DNA of 57,133 nucleotides from Chloroflexota bacterium. GTDB taxonomy: Bacteria; Chloroflexota; Dehalococcoidia; UBA2247; JAXHVC01. Location of the stretch: positions 1-57,133 of the forward strand of contig JAXHVC010000003.1 in assembly GCA_034189315.1 (NCBI GenBank). The letters run 5' to 3'. Under the pieces are notes generated by a model, which searched no databases, was not told the DNA's origin, and saw nothing but the letters and a program-made list of their open reading frames with translations. Positions 44,320 through 53,285 of this stretch are shown piece by piece. The stretch's first letter is position 1. Each line of letters opens with the position of its first letter. A program made the translations under genes and the position numbers.

Positions 44320-45927
44320 TCAAGCACTCTTATGCCATTCCTTGTCACCACTTGGGAGTAAAACATTGAAACGGCTTCCCACCCCGGGTTCCGATTCCAC
44401 CCATACCTTACCATCATGCCGACTCAGTATCTTCTTCACTATGGTCAGTCCTAAACCCTCTCCACTTGTAGTCTGTGGATCCAAGCGTTGAAAGGTTTCA
44501 AATACCTTCTCTCTATCCTCCTCGGGTATGCCAATACCATTATCCTCAACACAATAGGTGACATAGTCACCAACGCTCTTATTAGAGATCTTAACAACCC
44601 CAGGTCTCTCCGGATCAAGGTACTTTAACGCATTACCAATAAGATTGGAGAATACCTGGTTAATCTGTACAGAATCCCCTTTACAGGGAACCAAGCTCTC
44701 CACGTGTAAGCTCACATTCTTCTCCCTAATGGCATATTCGAAGCTGTCCTCAATATCCGAAACCAACCGATTCATGTCCACACCCTCAACGTTAAGCGCA
44801 ACGGTTCCTGCACGCGATAGCTTCAACAACCCATCAACCAAGGTCCCCATTTTTTCCACGCTGCCATGGATATACTGAAGGGCATCCGGCATATCCGATC
44901 TAACAATAGGGATTACTTTTTTTCGTACCTCAGGTGGTATATCTTTGTTATCCAGGTCAGAGTAGAGTTCACTCACAGAATGGTCTAGTTCTTTGGTGAA
45001 TCCTTGAATATTGACCAATGGGGACCTGAGCTCATGTGACGTGGCATAGATGATTTGTTCTAGCTCCTTGTTTTTCTCAGTAAGCTCATCGTTAAGTCTT
45101 TCTCGTTCTTGCTCAACATGTTTCCGCTCGGTAACATCCATGATGAAGCCCTCAACACCTTCAATCTGGCAATTATCCGAATAGATCCCTGCCCCCTTCT
45201 CCAAAACCCACTTCTCCGCACCATTCGCAGAGAATATTCGATATGTCAATTGAAATGGGCACTTCTGCTCAACCGCCATTTGAATATTGCCTAGTACCAT
45301 TTCACGATCTTCCTTGTGCACGAGCTGGATAAAGGCAATTCTACTGTTACGCTGTAGGTCAGAGGGCTGATATCCAGTAAGACCTATACATCCACTACTA
45401 ACAAATATCATAGTTCTACGATCATCATCCAAACAGCGATAGGCCATGCCCGGGAGATTTCCCATTAAAGTGGTAAGCGATCTCTGAGATTCCCTGAGTT
45501 CAGACTCGGCCTTATTCAACCTCCTCTCGGTCTCCAGCTGATCGAACACACGAGTCACTACTCCAGGAAGAAGGTCAAGCAATCCTGTGTCCTTTGCCAG
45601 GTAGTCACGGGCACCCAGCTTCATCATTTCCACCGCAATCCTCTCATCCCCATGCCCTGTCATCACTACAAAGGGAATATCCATTCCCCTGGCTCTTACA
45701 GAGTCAATCACCTGTTTCCCTGTCATGTCTGGTAAGCGGTAATCCAGCAACAGCAATCCTTGGGCAGTGCCACTGGCCATCTCAATAGCCTCTGCTCCCA
45801 TCCCGGCGTATTTAACCTGAAGCCCTATACTTTCCAGACTCTTCCTGATAAGGTGAGCTAATCCCTGATCATCTTCAACAATAAGTACTCGCCTACCAGT
45901 CTTGGCATGCTGCTTCTTACTGGGCAT
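44320..45927 (-). CDS. hybrid sensor histidine kinase: receiver + MAYRC-type PAS + HisKA + HATPase_c
   Basis: GGTGGAG lies 6 nt before ATG 45927; GTG 45939 is the alternative start. REC (VLIVEDDQG...LLLDYRLPDMTG...VMTGHGD...DYLAKD). PAS LPGMAYRCLDDD. H-box ATSHELRSPLVNIQGF. ATPase boxes are present. The gene overlaps the upstream gene's end by 11 nt. Confidence 0.85.
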   Translation of the reverse strand: MPSKKQHAKTGRRVLIVEDDQGLAHLIRKSLESIGLQVKYAGMGAEAIEMASGTAQGLLLLDYRLPDMTGKQVIDSVRARGMDIPFVVMTGHGDERIAVEMMKLGARDYLAKDTGLLDLLPGVVTRVFDQLETERRLNKAESELRESQRSLTTLMGNLPGMAYRCLDDDRRTMIFVSSGCIGLTGYQPSDLQRNSRIAFIQLVHKEDREMVLGNIQMAVEQKCPFQLTYRIFSANGAEKWVLEKGAGIYSDNCQIEGVEGFIMDVTERKHVEQERERLNDELTEKNKELEQIIYATSHELRSPLVNIQGFTKELDHSVSELYSDLDNKDIPPEVRKKVIPIVRSDMPDALQYIHGSVEKMGTLVDGLLKLSRAGTVALNVEGVDMNRLVSDIEDSFEYAIREKNVSLHVESLVPCKGDSVQINQVFSNLIGNALKYLDPERPGVVKISNKSVGDYVTYCVEDNGIGIPEEDREKVFETFQRLDPQTTSGEGLGLTIVKKILSRHDGKVWVESEPGVGSRFNVLLPSGDKEWHKSA

Positions 45928-46456
45928 TGCTCTCTCCACCTATTGCTGGCACTTGAATAACGGCAAGGAAGAGACCTAATTCACGAATTGTGGCTACGAA
46001 CTTATCATAGTCTATTGGTTTAGTGATATAGTGGCTACACCCTAATGTATGGCACTTGTCTATCTCTCGAGGATCATCCGTGGTGGTCAGCATTATCACT
46101 GGCATCTTTTTTAAAACTCTATCCCCTTTTATCCTTTCGAGAACCTGCACACCATCCACTCGAGGCATACGTATATCCAGCAATAGCAAGTAAGGCGTGC
46201 CGATCACTCGGTGTGGGCCATCACCTTTTTCAAACAAGAAGTCCAATGCCTCCTGACCATCCTTGAAGTGAATTATCTGATTGGTTATGCCTGCCCTCTT
46301 GAGATTCTTCTGAATTAGGGAGGCATGGCCCATATCATCTTCGGCGATTAAAATGACTACCTGTTCGTTCATCGTACTGCTCTTCGGCACCTCCTGTCCT
46401 TGGCCCTTTTCTACAATCATACTTTGCTCCACCTGCACCCTGTTATTGTTATTCAT
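45917..46456 (-). CDS. single-domain response regulator (Rcp1/CheY-like) with an N-terminal extension
   Basis: VILIAEDDMGHA...LLLLDIRMPRVDG...MLTTTDD...HYITKP. ATGA start/stop overlap with the upstream gene at 46453-46456. Confidence 0.85.
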   Translation of the reverse strand: MNNNNRVQVEQSMIVEKGQGQEVPKSSTMNEQVVILIAEDDMGHASLIQKNLKRAGITNQIIHFKDGQEALDFLFEKGDGPHRVIGTPYLLLLDIRMPRVDGVQVLERIKGDRVLKKMPVIMLTTTDDPREIDKCHTLGCSHYITKPIDYDKFVATIRELGLFLAVIQVPAIGGESNAQ

Positions 46457-46941
46457 CGCAAAGAAGCCTTTCTAGCACTATCGCAATCCTTCTCGACTTC
46501 TGCATATTCTGGCCCCATACCAGCCCGTTCGAGTATGCGACACATTACCTGCGGCAAGAGGTCCCTGAATTGACTGTTTTTGACCAAACAGGCAGAAGCT
46601 CCCAATCCAATCATCTCCTCTGCCAAATGCGCGTCATCATGCCCCGTCATGACTAAGAATGGCACCTTGATCTGTCTCTCATTGAGGATTTCAACCACCT
46701 GCTTCCCTGTCATATCCGGTAACTGGTAGTCCAGCAAAAGTACAATATCAGGATTGGTGCTAATAAAATCTATTGCCCCTGCCCCACTTGCCACGCAGAC
46801 GACTTTTAATCCAAGCCTCTCGAGTCCCTTGGTGATCAGATGACATGTCACCTCGGCGTCTTCTGCAACTAATACCGTTCGGCAAACACTCTCACAACCA
46901 TCACTCACTGTTAATATCCTCTCTGGATTACCGGCATCCAA
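46453..46941 (-). CDS. stand-alone receiver-domain protein, paralogous to the receivers of the 44320 and 40614 kinases
   Basis: VLVAEDAEV...VLLLDYQLPDMTGKQVVEIL...FLVMTGHDD...LVKNSQFRDLLPQVMCRILE aligns closely with the N-terminal REC domains of the two MAYRC-PAS kinases. The start is uncertain: TTG 46941 has no SD, and GTG 46908 has GAGAGGA upstream. Confidence 0.75.
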   Translation of the reverse strand: MDAGNPERILTVSDGCESVCRTVLVAEDAEVTCHLITKGLERLGLKVVCVASGAGAIDFISTNPDIVLLLDYQLPDMTGKQVVEILNERQIKVPFLVMTGHDDAHLAEEMIGLGASACLVKNSQFRDLLPQVMCRILERAGMGPEYAEVEKDCDSARKASLR

Positions 46942-46953
46942 AGCATCCGTTTT

Positions 46954-48705
46954 CTAATTCCTCGGTAACGCTACAAAGAATTTACTCCCCACTCCTGGCT
47001 CAGACTCCAACCATATCCTACCTTCATGCCGACTGAGGATCCTTTTCACCACAGCAAGCCCCAATCCCTCTCCAGTGCCTCCACCCGGATTCACCTGATG
47101 AAATATCTCAAAAACCCTATCCTGCTCCTCCTTGGGAATACCAAGCCCATTATCTTCTACACAGTAGATTGAGTAATTCCTATCCACTTTTCCAGTTACA
47201 GTCACCCTAGGAGACCTGCCTTGGTCACGATACTTCAATGCGTTATCTACTAGATTTGAAAAGACCTGGTTGATTTGCACTGCATCCCCCTTACAGGATG
47301 GCAGTTCATCCACTTTAGTAGCCATACCTACATCTCTGATACGAAATTCGAAGTTCTTTTCAATCTCGGAAATCATGTATTTCATATCAAGTTCCTCAAA
47401 ATTAAGCGCAGCCCTCCCTGCTCTGGAGAGCCTAAGTAGCCCAGCTAGCAACGTATCCATCTTTGTAACACTAGCATTGATATACTCTAGAGCCCCGGCA
47501 ATGTCCTCCTCCAGCAGAGGAACAACCTTCTGATATAGCTCAGAATCATCTTCCAGAATGGAGCTAAGCTCCTGGATTGAATAGCCCAATTCCTTGGCAA
47601 AACCTTGTACATTTATTAGAGGGGAGCGCAAATCATGAGAGGTCACAAAGATGATCTGCTCCAACTCCGTATTCTTCTCCACAATCTCCGCCCGTAGCCT
47701 TTCCCTTTCCTCATCTGCCTGCTTGCGTTGAGTGACATTCCTAGCCAGTATCAATTCAGCATTCTTACCACTGTATTTAATAGGGGTTGTACGAGCATCA
47801 ATCCAAATATGATCACCAACACCATTCTTTATAGGTATCTCATATGAATTCGAACCGATTTCACCCTTCGCAGAATCAGCAAGCCTCCTCTGGATCATTT
47901 TTAGTTCTTCCGCCGATATCAAACTGAACATCCCAGATAGCCTACCATTGAGCAATTTAATCAAGGATTGTCCAATTAGCTCTGACCTTTCCAGACCAAA
48001 GACTTCAAGAACACCTTGATTAGCAAAGGTGATATACCCGTCGCATAACACAATAATCGAATCAGGGCTTAGTTCCACCAGCGTTGAGTATTTTTCCTCG
48101 CTCTCTCTCAATGCCTGCTCGGACCTCTTTACCTCCTCCAGGGCTTGATCAAGCTCTATGTGAGCCTGTGTGAGAATCTGACTGTGCTCCTCCAAAGCCG
48201 AAATTAGTTGCTGCTGATCATCATCTATCTTCTGGCGTTGAATCGGATCCTCATAGCGTGAGGGAGTCCTGGACTTTTTCCTCTCAATCGAATTGCATAT
48301 CGATCTGGCAACACCTCTATCAACATCCAGATCCCTCAGGATGTAGTCCTCAGCCCCTTCCTTAAGCGCTTGAATCCCTATTTCACCATCATCGGAATCA
48401 GCTAGTACCACAATGGGAACCATCGCGTTTGCTCCTGATATCGCAGTGACAGCACCTACACCTTGGCTATCAGGAAGTGATAGGTCCAAAAGTACAGCAT
48501 CGTAGCTTTGCGTCTTCAGGTTCTTCACTGCCGCAGAAAGGCTCTTAGCACCTTTGACCTCAAAAGAAGCCTCCGTGCTCCCAGCCAATACCTTACGTAC
48601 ATTCCGCGACTCGTTTGGATCATCATCTACCAGCAAGACCTTAAACTGATTGCCATTTCCTGGTCGATTAACGTTAGATCTTATACCATGACTTCGCATA
48701 GCCAT
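46954..48705 (-). CDS. sensor histidine kinase: receiver + coiled coil + PAS + HisKA (SHDLRSPL type) + HATPase_c
   Basis: REC (VLLVDDDPNE...VLLDLSLPD...DYILRD). A long helical linker. PAS (YSTLVELSPDSIIVL). H-box FVTSHDLRSPLINVQGF. ATPase boxes (LVDNALKY; DNGLGIP; GEGLGLAV). First gene of the co-directional block. Confidence 0.85.
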   Translation of the reverse strand: MAMRSHGIRSNVNRPGNGNQFKVLLVDDDPNESRNVRKVLAGSTEASFEVKGAKSLSAAVKNLKTQSYDAVLLDLSLPDSQGVGAVTAISGANAMVPIVVLADSDDGEIGIQALKEGAEDYILRDLDVDRGVARSICNSIERKKSRTPSRYEDPIQRQKIDDDQQQLISALEEHSQILTQAHIELDQALEEVKRSEQALRESEEKYSTLVELSPDSIIVLCDGYITFANQGVLEVFGLERSELIGQSLIKLLNGRLSGMFSLISAEELKMIQRRLADSAKGEIGSNSYEIPIKNGVGDHIWIDARTTPIKYSGKNAELILARNVTQRKQADEERERLRAEIVEKNTELEQIIFVTSHDLRSPLINVQGFAKELGYSIQELSSILEDDSELYQKVVPLLEEDIAGALEYINASVTKMDTLLAGLLRLSRAGRAALNFEELDMKYMISEIEKNFEFRIRDVGMATKVDELPSCKGDAVQINQVFSNLVDNALKYRDQGRSPRVTVTGKVDRNYSIYCVEDNGLGIPKEEQDRVFEIFHQVNPGGGTGEGLGLAVVKRILSRHEGRIWLESEPGVGSKFFVALPRN

Positions 48706-49309
48706 ACTCCATCTCGTTGCAATTCTTTAATCGTTCGCCCAAGTACCATCTCTTCCTGACAACGTTGATACTCGATATAACAAATCACGAAAAACAATTA
48801 AACATAACCCATACTTCGGACACTATTAACGTCAAGATGGTATTCATTCATTATTATATCTCTAAATTATGCTTATTATATTGTCTTAACTCATGTTATC
48901 ATATTTATTCGTTATTTTTATTCGTCTAATATCTCCTTATATTATATTTACTTGTTCTAAGTCAAGCTTCTTTACCTAAACCAAGAGAACACGATTATAC
49001 ATATACCTATATCAGTTATTTTTCTTTTTCCTATCACTAGGTTATTTTATCATCTATTTCATCTTATTGTTTACAATATCTACCTGCCTTGTTAATTTTA
49101 TTCAGCTCCAGCATGATTTTAAGAAGAGAGTAATCATTCATCAGAATGGCCTTCACACGAAAACACACCATATTGACATAGTGAATGCTAAGGCTTCTGT
49201 AGAGAGGCAATTTGATTCGCTATCACCCAACTTGGTCATGACTAGAACTTGTCAAACCTGTTCAAAACCTATATAAGAAAACTATCGTTCTGAGAGGGAG
49301 GCCTTGATT

Positions 49310-49660
49310 ATGAAAGTGACGAGCTTAGATAAAGTTGAAAAACTTGTAGTAGATATGGAGGGGGCAAAGAACGTCTCCAAACAGATTCCCGTTGGGCAAA
49401 GCGATGGTTCTCCGAATTTCTCTTTTCGTGTGTTCACTATTCGGCCGGATGGTCATACCCCTTATCACGAGCATACATTCGAGCACATCAATTATGTAAT
49501 AGAAGGCAATGGTGTGGTGGTTACGGGGACTGGCGAAGAACGTACCATAACAAAAGGAGACTTCGCCCTGGTTCTTCCCAATGAGAAGCACCAGTACAAA
49601 AACACATCACAAGACGAGCCGCTAATTGTTATTTGCGCCGTTCCAAAGGATTACGAGTAA
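49310..49660 (+). CDS. cupin-domain protein
   Basis: GGGAGG lies 8 nt before ATG 49310. Cupin motifs PDGHTPYHEHTFEHINYVIEGNG and GDFALVLPNEKHQYKN. Confidence 0.75.
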   Translation: MKVTSLDKVEKLVVDMEGAKNVSKQIPVGQSDGSPNFSFRVFTIRPDGHTPYHEHTFEHINYVIEGNGVVVTGTGEERTITKGDFALVLPNEKHQYKNTSQDEPLIVICAVPKDYE

Positions 49661-49746
49661 TCAGCCACTGAAACATGGACATATTCCACCATATAAGCAG
49701 GATTAGATGAGCATGAAGGCATTTAATCTGGAGGGATCACCTGTAT

Positions 49747-49776
49747 TCAATCCCCCTTTGCGAAAAGGGGGATTGA
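49747..49776. repeat. GC-rich palindromic hairpin (REP-like) between convergent genes; possible bidirectional terminator
   Basis: tcaatccccctt-tgcgaa-aagggggattga, a 12-bp perfect stem located between the cupin stop (49660) and the enoyl-CoA hydratase stop (49857). Confidence 0.4.
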
Positions 49777-49856
49777 AGGGGGACTTCTTCGGATTTAATA
49801 GATAGTGTTGAGACATCCTCCCGAGCCTCCTCTACGTTTCAGCAATCACCTCGTAT

Positions 49857-50645
49857 TTACTTGCCTTTGAACTCTGGCTTGCGCTTTGCCATAAACGCCA
49901 TGAAACCCTCTGATCGATCTTCACTCTTATCAGCTGCATCAACCAAGGCCATAGCTTCTGCTTCATCCTCTGGGCTCATCCGCTGATACTTCAACAGCTT
50001 GTTGAATATCTTCTTAGTAGCACTGACCGCCAGAGGAGCATTTCCGGCGATCTCCTCTGCTAGTTCATACGTCTTTGTGGGTAATTCCTCTAGCGGTACC
50101 ACATAATCAACAAGCCCAATCCTCTCTGCCCTCTGAGCATCGATAAACCTGCCAGTATAGAAGAGTTCTTTTGCTCGTGGTAATCCCACTACATTCATTA
50201 GACGCTGAATGCCAGGTGGATGATAAACCCCACCTAGTTTAACCGGGTTAATGCCCATCTTTGCAGTATCGGCTGCCACACGTAAATCACAAGTGACAGC
50301 CATATCACAACCAGCCCCCATAGCAGCACCATTGACCATGGCAATAACAGGAAAGGGGTAATTAATAATGCCATCCACAGCATAGTCAATAGGATTTCCC
50401 TTTTGCGCCATCTCCTCTGCAGAGACTATTCCACCACCTCCCAAATCCATCCCAGATGAAAAGGCTTTTTCCCCTGCCCCTGTTAAAACAACCACTCGCA
50501 CGTCTTTATCATCCCCTAATGTCCTGAACGTGTCCCCCAGACGGTAGAGTATCTCCAGAGTAAGCGCATTTCGCCTATCCGGACGATTGATAGTAAGAGT
50601 ACAAATATGATCCTTCTTTTCTATAAGTAGCACTTCCTCAGACAT
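49857..50645 (-). CDS. enoyl-CoA hydratase/isomerase (crotonase) family protein
   Basis: AGGAGG precedes ATG 50645 (MSEEVLLIEKKDHICTLTINRPDRRNAL). Oxyanion-hole segments FSSGMDLG and AMVNGAAMGAGCDMA are present. Confidence 0.9.
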   Translation of the reverse strand: MSEEVLLIEKKDHICTLTINRPDRRNALTLEILYRLGDTFRTLGDDKDVRVVVLTGAGEKAFSSGMDLGGGGIVSAEEMAQKGNPIDYAVDGIINYPFPVIAMVNGAAMGAGCDMAVTCDLRVAADTAKMGINPVKLGGVYHPPGIQRLMNVVGLPRAKELFYTGRFIDAQRAERIGLVDYVVPLEELPTKTYELAEEIAGNAPLAVSATKKIFNKLLKYQRMSPEDEAEAMALVDAADKSEDRSEGFMAFMAKRKPEFKGK

Positions 50646-50990
50646 GAGACCTCCTTTTCGCATTTCAAATGATCCTGCCGAAGCAACACCCGCTGCCTGC
50701 TTCAACTTATGGTTGACATCCAGTCATAGTGTAGGAATAGAAACAACAGTAGCTATGATGACATATTAGATAGAATGACACAATAAATTAAACACTGCCA
50801 ACTAGAATCAACTTCATCCACAATCATTACCACATTTTTACCCATACGTTACCACTCCATTTACCTCATGTACCCACACTATTACATCCAAGCGATAGGA
50901 TAGTGATGAACAACGCTGTTTTCATGGAATGGAGAAGCGCTCAATTATGTCCAATCTAAATGACACTCGTCAGAAAAGGGCCAGGCTGTA

Positions 50991-51644
50991 ATGTTCTGTC
51001 CTAGATGTGGAAATCCTAGCGACAGCACAGCCAGATTCTGTCAAGTATGTGGAACGTCTCTCCCACTTATTGAGGCCGAGGCAACTGCCTATCAAACACA
51101 TACACAGGATCCATTCCTCACATCAAATGTATCCAGTCATGTGCAATATGCAGGTTTCTGGAGACGATTAGTTGCATGGGTTATTGATTACTTCGTGTCC
51201 TACGTAATAATGATCATCATCGCCTTTTCTGCCGGAATGATGATGGGATTATCAGGGTATTCTGATGATAGCTTGTTCGAGTTTATAGGATTTATCGTTG
51301 CGATAATCACCCCTTGGCTATATTGGTCCATCATGGAAAGCTCGTCAAAACGGGCAACATTTGGCAAAATGGCTATGGGTATTATTGTGACCGATTACCA
51401 GGGAAATAAGATTTCCTTCGGTCGAGCAACGGCAAGATATTGGGCAAAGATTCTATCAGCTTTGATATTCTGCATCGGCTTCTTTATGGCAGGCTTCACA
51501 GCAAAGAAACAAGGCCTGCACGATATAGTAACTGAATGCCTGGTTGTTGAGAATAGTCCACATCAGTCCCCTTCCCAGCAACCATACCACACACCACAGG
51601 CGATTCAGTCCTCCAACTCCCAAGACAATAGTGTTTTCAGATAG
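50991..51644 (+). CDS. RDD-family membrane protein with an N-terminal zinc ribbon
   Basis: CPRCGN...CQVCG zinc ribbon. RDD-domain pattern FWRRLVAWVIDY...ATFGKMAMGIIVTD...QGLHDIV with 3 TM helices. Confidence 0.8.
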   Translation: MFCPRCGNPSDSTARFCQVCGTSLPLIEAEATAYQTHTQDPFLTSNVSSHVQYAGFWRRLVAWVIDYFVSYVIMIIIAFSAGMMMGLSGYSDDSLFEFIGFIVAIITPWLYWSIMESSSKRATFGKMAMGIIVTDYQGNKISFGRATARYWAKILSALIFCIGFFMAGFTAKKQGLHDIVTECLVVENSPHQSPSQQPYHTPQAIQSSNSQDNSVFR

Positions 51645-51813
51645 ATTGGAATAGGCGTAATCCTCTACCACATAATTGATGTGATTCATAGCTTACTATT
51701 TAGATCTGCGCTTCCCAGAGCATTTCACTATATCATCTCGAGCACAGGGCCTATCAGGGACACGAATTACTATACAAAGAAACCCCAGTAGCAAGTCATA
51801 CTCACAAAAATAG

Positions 51814-51993
51814 GCTTTTGTCTATGTAATTCTAGTGTACAGACTGTCTCGCAATCTGACATTCGATTCGATTGAGCAATTCAAAGACGAGCTCATGCAG
51901 TACCTGCTCTATTACAACCATCACCGACCACATCAAGCCCTAGGAGGAATAACACCTGCTCAATTTAATGAATCCTGTCCTCGAATTACGTAA
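51814..51993 (+). mobile_element. C-terminal fragment of a DDE (rve/integrase-core, IS3/IS481-like) transposase; remnant only
   Basis: The frame is open from 51814 to the TAA at 51991-51993. It ends ...FDSIEQFKDELMQYLLYYNHHRPHQALGGITPAQFNES, the classic YN-x-x-RPH-x-x-LGG-x-TP tail. No catalytic domain or start codon lies upstream. Confidence 0.6.
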
Positions 51994-52001
51994 CATCTAC
52001 A

Positions 52002-52076
52002 ATTGCGAGGAGCGAAAGCGACGTGGCAATCTCTTCTTTACATTGAGATTGCTTCACCTTCGGTTCGCAATGACAT
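52002..52076. repeat. imperfect palindromic REP-like element
   Basis: Left arm attgcgaggagcgaaagcgacgtggcaatctc (52002-52032) and right arm gagattgcttcaccttcggttcgcaatgacat (52045-52076). The terminal attgcga/tcgcaat and gcaatctc/gagattgc segments are complementary. The right arm recurs at 55871-55902. Confidence 0.55.
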
Positions 52077-52205
52077 ATTAAATTATGTCAATATTTCACA
52101 ATTGGGACGAAGTCCATTTACTAGAAATCAAGGCCCCATATTCCACGCGCAGAATTCAACCATCCACAGGAATCCTGTCTACATGGTTATCTGTGCAAGA
52201 ATACA

Positions 52206-53135
52206 TCAGTCATCGAGTAATCCCACCTCAATTAGCCAATCGCGCGCCACATCTGATGGCTCTTCTTTGTCTGAATCGACACGATTGTTCAGAGCCTGCA
52301 TCGTCCCAGTATCAAGGAGAGGCGCTACTTGGTTCAAGATGGTCTCGACTTCTGAATGCTCATCCAGGAAGGATTTCTTCAGCGTGGGTGCCACATTATA
52401 CACTGGGAAGAAGTCTTTATCGTCCTCCAAGTTGACCAATTCATATGCAGAGATAAGTCCCGTGGTAGCAAAACCCACTGCAACGTCAACATCCCCATCT
52501 TTAAGTGCCTTATACGTTAGACGATCTAGCATCTGAGTCACATCATCGAACTCAAAACCATAAGCCATCTCAACTCCGGGCAAACCATCGTCTCGCCCCT
52601 GAAACTCCGCACCACTGGCGAACTTCAGACTATTACCAGCATTGATATAAGAAGCCAGATCAGAGATGCTATATATACCTAAATCCTGGGCATGATCACT
52701 TCTCATCATCAGAGTATAAGTATTGTCAAACTGTGAACGGTCCAGCCAAATAATACCATTCTGTTCAAGGTCTTCCTGTCTCACAACATCGTAGCACAGT
52801 TGCGAATCGGTAATTGCATCTTCATGTCCCAAATGTGTGATCAAACCAGTGCCGGTGTATTCCATATAAACATCTATGTCACCGGATTGTAAAGCAGTAC
52901 GGGCTATAGCAGTCCCCCCCAAGCTGGTCTTGTCATCCACTGCCCACCCCTCATCCTCCAAAAGCAAAATCATCATCTGCCCCAGAATTAATTGTTCGGG
53001 AAATTCCTTAGAGCCAACTGTAATCGATCCAGCCTCGGCTCCTTCCGTTTCGGAATCACCATCCCCACAACCAGGGAAAGCAACTAGTCCCATAACTAGA
53101 ACTACCAACAGAATCCAAGAGGCGGTCTTCATCAT
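52206..53135 (-). CDS. glycine betaine/choline/carnitine-type (OpuBC/OpuCC family) substrate-binding lipoprotein
   Basis: AAGGAG SD. Signal peptide with lipobox (LVAFPGCGDG). Family pattern ITVGSKEFPEQLILGQM...GGTAIARTAL..GDIDVYMEYTGT. Last gene of the opu-type operon. Confidence 0.85.
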   Translation of the reverse strand: MMKTASWILLVVLVMGLVAFPGCGDGDSETEGAEAGSITVGSKEFPEQLILGQMMILLLEDEGWAVDDKTSLGGTAIARTALQSGDIDVYMEYTGTGLITHLGHEDAITDSQLCYDVVRQEDLEQNGIIWLDRSQFDNTYTLMMRSDHAQDLGIYSISDLASYINAGNSLKFASGAEFQGRDDGLPGVEMAYGFEFDDVTQMLDRLTYKALKDGDVDVAVGFATTGLISAYELVNLEDDKDFFPVYNVAPTLKKSFLDEHSEVETILNQVAPLLDTGTMQALNNRVDSDKEEPSDVARDWLIEVGLLDD

Positions 53136-53285
53136 CCCTATCTCCTTTCTGATTGTCCTCCTTATTCATCCCATATTCACCATCATGCTCCGTCTACCTC
53201 AAATCATTCCTCTATTCGATACAACCACCAGACTCAAATTACTAGATCAATCCCGTAATACAACCCAGGTGTATAAAGACGAGAA

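Noticed and set aside
38511-48759. Numerous 60-130-aa plus-strand ORFs across the kinase/ATPase block
   Set aside because: All of them are antisense to minus-strand genes with complete, canonical domain motifs.
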